Assembly: GCA_028344335.1 (NCBI GenBank)
Contig: JAOMAZ010000001.1
Span: 11,468 to 75,467 of the forward strand
DNA: 64,000 nt
Direction: 5' to 3'
Source of the DNA: Deltaproteobacteria bacterium
GTDB taxonomy: Archaea > Thermoplasmatota > Poseidoniia > Poseidoniales > Poseidoniaceae
Shown: in pieces, positions 56,874-64,000 of the stretch
Position numbering within the stretch: the first letter of the stretch is position 1
How the letters are laid out: each line of letters begins with the position of its first letter
The notes under the pieces: model-generated
Told to the model about the DNA's origin: nothing
Seen by the model: the letters and a program-made list of their open reading frames with translations, nothing else
The model's database searches: none
Program-made: the position numbers and the translations under genes

Positions 56874-58075
56874 AGCAAATTCCTGTATCCAAGAGGGCAT
56901 CTCAAATTGAATATGCAATTCGTGATGTTGTTGTTCCAGCAACTGCTTTAGAAGCAGAAGGCCATGAAATAATAAAACTCAATATCGGTGATCCAATTGC
57001 CTATCCTGGCCTGCCCACGCCAAGTCATATGGTCGAGGCATTTCAAGCTGCACTCGGCAGAGGAGAAAATGGCTATTCTCCATCATATGGTTTGCCAGCA
57101 TTACGCTCAGCAATCGCAGAAGATGAAATATCAAAGGGGTGGGCATGTAATCCCGAAGATGTCTATGTTTGCCATGGTGTTACTGAGGCACTACAAATTA
57201 TATTTGCAGCAACTCTTGAAAGTGGAAATAAAGTTCTAGCACCAGGCCCACATTACCCCCCATACATGGCATATCCACAAATGTATGATGCTTCCACAAT
57301 TGAATACCGACTTGATGCCGATGATGGCTGGAAAGTTGATTTTGATGATATCGAAAAGAAAATGGATGATAATGTCCGATTACTTGTCATGATTAATCCA
57401 AATAATCCAACCGGAAATGTTGCTTCAGCAGATGAAATCGACAGACTTCTTGATATTGCAAAAAAGTGGCCAAATTGCATGATTATTGCAGATGAAATCT
57501 ATGATGGATTAGATTTTACAGACACTCAAGTCAGTATTGCAAGCAGAAGTTTTGAGGTACCAGTTTTGGTATTGAATGGAGTCAGCAAAGTCTACTATGC
57601 ACCAGGATGGAGAATAGGCTATTTAGCCATACATGATCCTACCTCAAAAATGAACGATGTTAGGGATGGAATAGAAAGAATACTTCGCAGCCGTCTTTGC
57701 GCTTCTACTCCTGCCCAAATGGGATACATTGCGGGCCTAAAGGGAGATCGGAGGTGGATGGATAACCACACTTCTAAAGTGATGAAACAAAGAGAATTAT
57801 GCCTTCAGAGAATTTCTGAAATTGAAGGCTTAGAAGTACAATCTCCTGGTGGCGCATTTTACATGTTCGTGAGGTTGACAGATGAAAAGTGGGCAAATGA
57901 CGATAAAAAATTCGTTCTTGATTTACTACATGAAGAACATGTGCTTGCCGTACACGGAAGTGGTTTTTCAAGTGAATTAGGCAAGGGGCACTTCAGAATT
58001 GTTTATCTTCCAAACATTGATACACTTAACATTGCATTCGATAGAATCGACTCATTCTTAACTCGCCACAGATAG
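56867..58075 (+). CDS. Class I/II PLP aminotransferase (alanine aminotransferase-like)
   Basis: IEYAIRD, LNIGDP, INPNNPTG, ADEIYD, NGVSK.Y.APGWRIG, GAFY; GTG start after GGAGGA. Confidence 0.9.
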   Translation: MVKQIPVSKRASQIEYAIRDVVVPATALEAEGHEIIKLNIGDPIAYPGLPTPSHMVEAFQAALGRGENGYSPSYGLPALRSAIAEDEISKGWACNPEDVYVCHGVTEALQIIFAATLESGNKVLAPGPHYPPYMAYPQMYDASTIEYRLDADDGWKVDFDDIEKKMDDNVRLLVMINPNNPTGNVASADEIDRLLDIAKKWPNCMIIADEIYDGLDFTDTQVSIASRSFEVPVLVLNGVSKVYYAPGWRIGYLAIHDPTSKMNDVRDGIERILRSRLCASTPAQMGYIAGLKGDRRWMDNHTSKVMKQRELCLQRISEIEGLEVQSPGGAFYMFVRLTDEKWANDDKKFVLDLLHEEHVLAVHGSGFSSELGKGHFRIVYLPNIDTLNIAFDRIDSFLTRHR

Positions 58076-58108
58076 TAAGGAATTAGTCTTTGTAACCATG
58101 ACTTTGAT

Positions 58109-61100
58109 GTGCCCTTAGGTCTTGGGAAGGGCATGGGCGTATACGAAGCCGTAGGCTTCGCACACACGAGGAAGGTGATTTTCCCCCTTTTATTGGTTCT
58201 TTCTTTACTCCTTTCTTTGCCTTTAGTAAGTGCACAAGATGAAGTTGAAGAAGAAAATGAAGGTGCTGAAGTTATTGACCAAGGCGCTCTCAAATTTGAG
58301 CATTTTTATCCCCTTATTTTGATGCTAGTTTTAGCATTTATTGTATGGCGATATATGGTCCCAAGTGCCCTTTCATCACTCCAAGTCGCCTTTGAAATAG
58401 ACGATGGTCTGATGGAGGTACATAGGCTAACGAGTAGCCGAGAAGATGCAAGGAGTTTGTTGAAACTTCCATCTGTTGGAATTGGGATTTTAGCTTATAT
58501 GATGGCGATTTCAGGGGTTTTATTGCTTATTGCGGAACTTATTTTCAATCCAGTGGTTTACTTAGAACTAAATGTGTGGATTATGTTTGTATTGATTCTC
58601 ATACCAGTCCTTGTCTCTCCACTAATCACGATGAACGCACAATTACAGCAATTAGGAAGTAGCGGTACAAAGAAGAAAAAACCACTTCAAGCACTTTTGA
58701 AAAGGCTGGCCACACTTTCAATTCTTCTTGCAGCAACAGGAGCCGTGTTTTGGTATAGTATACAATTGAATGGAATGGTTACCCCTGTTTGGTTTATTTA
58801 TGGACTGTTGGTTTTCATGGGACCTACAATATTGGCTTATGGTCGAATCATGGGCGCATCATGGAATATGTTGATGCTTTCAAAAATGCGAACGATATTG
58901 AAGAAAGAGACTCCTATCGACCCAGACCCCCCTACCTTTGGCAAACAGGTTAGCTCCATTCTCCTTCTTTTCTTCCTTCTAACTATGCCAATTGCTGCAT
59001 TAAACGGAATAATTACGGTACTTTATGTGATGCTTGATGAACCTGCGAATGCCGAGGATATCTTGAACTTCGGAGGAATTATCGGGCATTCACTCTATAC
59101 ATGGGCGATTCAAGATGGTGCTGTGCAAGAAGTACTCCGCCAGTGGGTAGATGTCAAAGATATGGCTGGGTTCTTAGCGATTTATCTCTCACTTAATGTT
59201 GCAATTGTTGGCCTTGCTTTCATTTTTGAATTAACTGGCAACCTTTTCCTTGGAGGTCAAGCGTTTGGAGGAATTGGCGGAGTGTTACTGGCTTCACCGC
59301 GTGAAATAAGGTCCGAAGAGCCATCACAATCAAAGATTCTTTACTTCGCATTCGCTGGTTTTAGCGGTTATACTGTGATGTTGCTGATTATGATTTGTTA
59401 CAAAGAATTCAGCCATTTCATGCCCTTTACTGGCTGGATGAGTAACAAAGGATTCGGTGAAGAAGTAATTCTCACTGGAACTTGGCTGTTCATAGCAGTC
59501 GGTCAAGCAATATTTTTGTTAACTTGGATTTTATCAATCGTGAGGTTTGGCTCCTTGAAAAGACTTCAATTCGACCTCAACCCCGAACAGAGGCGTGAAG
59601 GTGCCATCATGACTGGTGGTGGAACCGGTCTGACTGAATATGTAGACAAGGCAGCCGGGCGAGATGATGTTGATGCCTTGAGGAGATTCCAAAGAGATAA
59701 ATTTCAGGGGGTTGATGAATCTATAGTTAGGTTGGAAAAGCTTCGTGCCTCAATGCTTGAAAAAGCGTTGCGGGGCTTATGGCCATTGGCTTTGGAAGAA
59801 GCAAGAAAGGTATTGGCAGTTCAGGGTGGTGAGGATGATGAAGCAAGGATGCTGATGGCAGTAGGTCATATTGCATGCAGAAGATTGGATGCTGCACGTG
59901 AAGCGTTGCATGGCCTTGAACAAGCAGATGGTTATGATGAGCCAGAATTAATTAGTTTCATGATCGAGTGGTTGGACCCGTGGAATGGCAATGTTTCAGA
60001 AGATGACATTTGGGATTGGGAAAATAATCCGACCATGGATCACGTTAAATTCCTTAATCAGCGCTTTAGAACTTGGAAGGCTGACGAAGATGAAATGAGC
60101 GCTCATAGCGACCGCCTAACTTCTGTTGGCGATCTTGGGACTATTGCCATTCTAAGAGCCCAAAACCGTTCAGAACAGGCAATTGATATAGCTGTTGAAT
60201 TGATAAAACGAGACCCATTATCAGCACGAGCAAGAATTGCAGTAGCCCTTTGCCTCCTAGATATTGGAGATTGGCACGGGGCCCGAGACATTACTACTGA
60301 ATTACTAGAAAGCGATACCCTTGACCCGCGTGTCCAAGGCTTAGCATTGGCAATGGGTATGCAAAACAAAGATATTGACGAGATGGAAGTGCGTTTAATC
60401 GAAGGAGATCAGATGGAAGGAAGGAGATGGATTGATGCTGCACCTTGCAATCCCACTGCTGCCTTATTGGTCAAGGGAGGGGGGGACGAAGCCGTCAACG
60501 CCAATGTCTTCATTGCGGCTGGAGAAGCAGTAAAAAATAAAGTCACTCCGAGGTTTAAAGCAAGCAAATTATGGGTGGCATTCACTTGGTTGGTGATGAT
60601 GCCTACATGGGCAATGATTGGAATATTTGCTGCTGAGAAAGTAGGCAATACCGCAGGAATGGCCCTTGGAATAAGCATCATTACCCTCCATATATTTGGA
60701 ATAAGATTCGCGAGTAATGCTAGAAAGGACATTAAATTCCGGGACCAAAAGGGTATGATTAGTTATGCCCGCCGCCTTAAGCGGAATGGCGTTAAACTAG
60801 AGTCTGATAATGTTCCTGTGGCAAATCACCTTTTGCTTAATGGTCTGTTAATGACGGTAAATGGAAATGTATACGATGTTGGATACCCCGCATGGATGTT
60901 CTTACGCTTCGAGGTTGAGAAAGAAAAATTGGTGAAAAACAGAATTTCCCGAGCAGCAAAGAAAATGCGCAAGGGTACCAAACCTAGAACTCAACGCTTA
61001 GGTAAGGGATGGTGGTTGAAGCATGAGCGAGAGCGAGGAAGAGACTTACCAGTGCTTGAAGAAATAATTGGACCCCCTGCATACCGAGGTAGGGCACAAC

Positions 61101-61297
61101 ATATTGCAATGAAAAAGGGTGGAATGAAGGGTTCAAATATTCTAAAGAAAAAGACATCGGGCAGGAGATCGGTTGCTAACAGAGATATGTCTAATCGAGG
61201 GGTCCCTCAGAATACTAGACGCTCTGAACGCACACCGGCAAGACGTCCCGCACAGAGAGGTCAAGAAAGCAGTAATGATGGTTTCGATTTCAGTTGA
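58109..61297 (+). CDS. Large multi-pass membrane protein with TPR-like region
   Basis: About 10 N-terminal TM segments, helical TPR-like middle, two further TM segments, basic tail; exact start uncertain. Confidence 0.78.
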   Translation: MPLGLGKGMGVYEAVGFAHTRKVIFPLLLVLSLLLSLPLVSAQDEVEEENEGAEVIDQGALKFEHFYPLILMLVLAFIVWRYMVPSALSSLQVAFEIDDGLMEVHRLTSSREDARSLLKLPSVGIGILAYMMAISGVLLLIAELIFNPVVYLELNVWIMFVLILIPVLVSPLITMNAQLQQLGSSGTKKKKPLQALLKRLATLSILLAATGAVFWYSIQLNGMVTPVWFIYGLLVFMGPTILAYGRIMGASWNMLMLSKMRTILKKETPIDPDPPTFGKQVSSILLLFFLLTMPIAALNGIITVLYVMLDEPANAEDILNFGGIIGHSLYTWAIQDGAVQEVLRQWVDVKDMAGFLAIYLSLNVAIVGLAFIFELTGNLFLGGQAFGGIGGVLLASPREIRSEEPSQSKILYFAFAGFSGYTVMLLIMICYKEFSHFMPFTGWMSNKGFGEEVILTGTWLFIAVGQAIFLLTWILSIVRFGSLKRLQFDLNPEQRREGAIMTGGGTGLTEYVDKAAGRDDVDALRRFQRDKFQGVDESIVRLEKLRASMLEKALRGLWPLALEEARKVLAVQGGEDDEARMLMAVGHIACRRLDAAREALHGLEQADGYDEPELISFMIEWLDPWNGNVSEDDIWDWENNPTMDHVKFLNQRFRTWKADEDEMSAHSDRLTSVGDLGTIAILRAQNRSEQAIDIAVELIKRDPLSARARIAVALCLLDIGDWHGARDITTELLESDTLDPRVQGLALAMGMQNKDIDEMEVRLIEGDQMEGRRWIDAAPCNPTAALLVKGGGDEAVNANVFIAAGEAVKNKVTPRFKASKLWVAFTWLVMMPTWAMIGIFAAEKVGNTAGMALGISIITLHIFGIRFASNARKDIKFRDQKGMISYARRLKRNGVKLESDNVPVANHLLLNGLLMTVNGNVYDVGYPAWMFLRFEVEKEKLVKNRISRAAKKMRKGTKPRTQRLGKGWWLKHERERGRDLPVLEEIIGPPAYRGRAQHIAMKKGGMKGSNILKKKTSGRRSVANRDMSNRGVPQNTRRSERTPARRPAQRGQESSNDGFDFS

Positions 61298-62648
61298 ATG
61301 GACTGAATTTTGGAGCATCATAGGCTGAGGATTCAGTAGGCCAGCAATAATGAATTCGGTTGAATTGTTCTTTTAATATCCGTGCTCTTTGACGAACTTC
61401 ACTATCACTCTCTCCCACGGCGGATAAATGAATCAGTTCTGCAACTTCATCCATCTCATCCTCTTTCATTCCTAAACGTGTCATTTCAGGACTGCCTATT
61501 CTAATACCAGATGGGTTGATTGCAGAAGTGTCACCAGGTAGCATGTTCTTATTCATAACTAAACCACAAGATTCTGCCCGCAAACTGACTTCTGCACCTC
61601 CTCCAAATCCAGAGACATCAACTAGTAAAGTGTGACTTTCAGTAAAGCCTTGGTCAGCGGCAAAAACTTTCATTCCACGATTCCATAATGATTCCCCGAG
61701 TGCCTTGGCATTAGATATCATCTGCTTGGCATAGTCGACTTGGAATTCTTGGGCTTCTGCAAGTGACACACCTAAAGCAGCGACATTATGAAGGTGATGG
61801 TTCGAATGAACTCCGGGGAAAACAGAACTTCTAATGGCTCTATGTAAACGCTTTCCATTGTTTAATTCTCGGTCCTCATTTGCTAAAATAATCCCATGCT
61901 GAGGACCAGCGAATGTCTTGTGAGTAGAAGCACATAGTAGGTCTACACCATCTCCAATTGGGTCTTGAAAACAACCACCTCCGATTAATCCTAGAACGTG
62001 AGCAGCATCGTACATGATAGTTGCATTTACTTCTCTAGCAGCTTCAATTATTGAATCAAGTTCAACGGGGAATAAAAATACTGATTGGCCAACATAACAC
62101 ACATTTGGTTTCTCCCTGCCTATCATTTCCACTGCCAATTGTGTATCGATAGACATGGTCTCAGGAATTGATGGATAAGTCATTGTTTGAAGACCGCGCA
62201 AACCAGCAGCCCCGAATCTTTGAGTCGAGATATGAGCGCCTGCTGCCAATTCTGGAGCCATGAAAACGTCCCCAGGTTTTGAAATTGCGAATAATGCTGA
62301 AATATTAGCAGAAGTACCAGATACGGGTCGAACATCGGCAAAGGGAGACTTGAATAATCTCTTTGCTAAATCCTCAACATGGGTTTCAATCGGATCATAA
62401 TCCGCATTACCCTCATAATACCTTGATCCAGGGAGACCTTCTGCGTAACGATTGTGAAGGTCGCTACAAAACATTTCTGCTGCTCTTGGACTTACTAGAT
62501 TCTCACTGGCAATCAGTGGAATACTTTTCTCAAACCTTCGATGATGTTGCATCACTTGGTTTTGTAGCCAATGTAATGAGGCGGAAGGCTCAGCATTAGA
62601 AGGAGGAAAGGCTGGTGGTTCAGGAAATGGCACATCACCCATGAACAT
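61290..62648 (-). CDS. glyA: Serine hydroxymethyltransferase
   Basis: LIASEN, YAEG.PG.RYY.G, YDAAHVLGL, STHKTF.GPQ.G, VFPG..SNHH, NKN.LP.D, SGIRIG. Confidence 0.95.
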   Translation of the reverse strand: MFMGDVPFPEPPAFPPSNAEPSASLHWLQNQVMQHHRRFEKSIPLIASENLVSPRAAEMFCSDLHNRYAEGLPGSRYYEGNADYDPIETHVEDLAKRLFKSPFADVRPVSGTSANISALFAISKPGDVFMAPELAAGAHISTQRFGAAGLRGLQTMTYPSIPETMSIDTQLAVEMIGREKPNVCYVGQSVFLFPVELDSIIEAAREVNATIMYDAAHVLGLIGGGCFQDPIGDGVDLLCASTHKTFAGPQHGIILANEDRELNNGKRLHRAIRSSVFPGVHSNHHLHNVAALGVSLAEAQEFQVDYAKQMISNAKALGESLWNRGMKVFAADQGFTESHTLLVDVSGFGGGAEVSLRAESCGLVMNKNMLPGDTSAINPSGIRIGSPEMTRLGMKEDEMDEVAELIHLSAVGESDSEVRQRARILKEQFNRIHYCWPTESSAYDAPKFSPFN

Positions 62649-62721
62649 GCCTTCTTCAGACGGTGTATGAGCATAATGGTCGAGTACACTCAGAATCAAA
62701 GATGTCAAGGACTACAACGAG

Positions 62722-63801
62722 ATGGCTCATTACATGCCAATCATCGATGCCCCAGATTCAATCCATGATTCTGCGATGAGCCAACGGTTAGCAATGCGTT
62801 TTTCCTTACAATCAGGATTATATAATGAAATATCTCAAACCGGTTCAATTCATTTGATTCAATCCGTCGATGGATTTCTTGATTGGTTCAATCTAATCGA
62901 AGAACTTGCTCAAAAACCCCTAGGGCGCCGTTTGGCACATGCTGCTGCAGATCACGAAACTCTTCACTTGATTAACCGTACTGTACCTCCACCAAGAGGG
63001 TTTTTTAGCAAGAAAAAGCGTTTGAATTGGCTTCTTGAAGATTGGCAAGAGAGAGGCATAGGAAGCCTAAGGGAACTTTCTGAAGGGAATATTCAGGTAA
63101 GTGAACAAGTCCAATCTGCAATGGCAGGAGGTCAGGCTGCAGGAGCATGGGAATTCTTGACATCTAAGCGTTATCGATTTCGCTGGGAACAAGTTGATGC
63201 ATCCAAAACCAATATTATTCTCGACCATGACCCTAGAATTTCTCAACCTCCAAGGAAAGTCATGCCTATTTGGAAGGAAAAAAACTCACAAAGTATTGGG
63301 AAGTTTGTTGATGTAGATACTCATCCCAATGGTTGGCAATTTAGAGGAAATCGCTCATTTTTACTTGGAAGAGACCTGTTGCTTCGGTTTGAGGATGAAA
63401 TACTCCCTCATATAGAGATAAAATTTGATGATGGATTAGTTGTTTTTAATGGACTTGATGATTCATCAAGGGAAGTGGTTTGGAACATATTTACACGCGG
63501 TCAAATGCAATCCTACCTAATAGGAGACGACCATGTTTTGATTGATGAAGTTGAACGCTGGAAAGAAATTGTAGATTTTAGACTAACACCAACTGGAATG
63601 GGGGAACTAAAAGAGGTGGATGGATTTGATCAACATGGCGGTGTTAAATTTACCTTTGAACAGGTCTATCATCCTGCTTTTGTACTTGGAATGCTAATGG
63701 GTTTTTGGCAACGTGCATATGGTAGAGATTGTAGAGGAGAGTGGGTCAACGAAGGGGATAATCATGTATTCATTATCTGTGGCCGACATATCTTGGCTTG
63801 A
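62722..63801 (+). CDS. Hypothetical protein with two degenerate V4R-like repeats
   Basis: W..RGIG.L...G..AGAWE in the first half and GMGEL...P..LGML.GFW in the second. Confidence 0.65.
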   Translation: MAHYMPIIDAPDSIHDSAMSQRLAMRFSLQSGLYNEISQTGSIHLIQSVDGFLDWFNLIEELAQKPLGRRLAHAAADHETLHLINRTVPPPRGFFSKKKRLNWLLEDWQERGIGSLRELSEGNIQVSEQVQSAMAGGQAAGAWEFLTSKRYRFRWEQVDASKTNIILDHDPRISQPPRKVMPIWKEKNSQSIGKFVDVDTHPNGWQFRGNRSFLLGRDLLLRFEDEILPHIEIKFDDGLVVFNGLDDSSREVVWNIFTRGQMQSYLIGDDHVLIDEVERWKEIVDFRLTPTGMGELKEVDGFDQHGGVKFTFEQVYHPAFVLGMLMGFWQRAYGRDCRGEWVNEGDNHVFIICGRHILA

Positions 63802-63931
63802 AACTTGATGCAACGTCTGAAAAGGGTACTGCGAGACATAACTAAGTGTCCAACTACCCATAGGGTTTATTGATGAAACAGGGCTCGCCGAAAGCACTGC
63901 TCATGACCATGTCATGAAAGGGGGACAAAAG

Positions 63932-64000
63932 ATGGCGGTTTCACATAATCAAATGGCATATGCTGCCATTCTCTCAACCATGATGTTTGGTGCTATTTTC
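63932..64000 (+). CDS. 5' fragment of a probable membrane/secreted protein, truncated by the window edge
   Basis: MAVSHNQMAYAAILSTMMFGAIF... open to the end of the window; an alternative in-frame ATG lies at 63914. Confidence 0.45.
   Translation, partial: MAVSHNQMAYAAILSTMMFGAIF

Overview
Archaeal chromosomal segment (PAN, MBF1, Tsr3, Kae1, rpS17e/S19e/L31e/L39e, archaeal ValS). The mix of archaeal informational genes, bacterial-type catabolic genes and large acidic/TPR/zinc-ribbon proteins points to Thermoplasmatota, most likely Marine Group II (Poseidoniales); this assignment is inference. There are about 57 CDS and one tRNA-Val(GAC); no rRNA, CRISPR array, transposase or integrase was seen. 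The most notable system is a co-oriented cluster (2.1-12.8 kb) in which split formiminotransferase/cyclodeaminase, FdhD and a cytoplasmic NAD-linked formate dehydrogenase (fused gamma-beta subunit plus alpha) sit directly before hutU-hutH, with hutI nearby. This suggests the one-carbon unit of histidine is oxidised via folate and formate to CO2 and NADH. Other points: a 28-bp dif/XerA-like site after the tRNA; an 18-bp stem between a methyltransferase and an iodotyrosine-deiodinase-like gene; a NikR-fold regulator with a NikR-like operator facing a His-rich ZIP transporter; an RHH-folE-queE-queC-queD operon whose QueC lacks Zn-binding cysteines; an iscA-ygfZ pair; and an EF-hand/zinc-ribbon acidic membrane protein. 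All calls come from reading sequence and motifs; no database searches were run.
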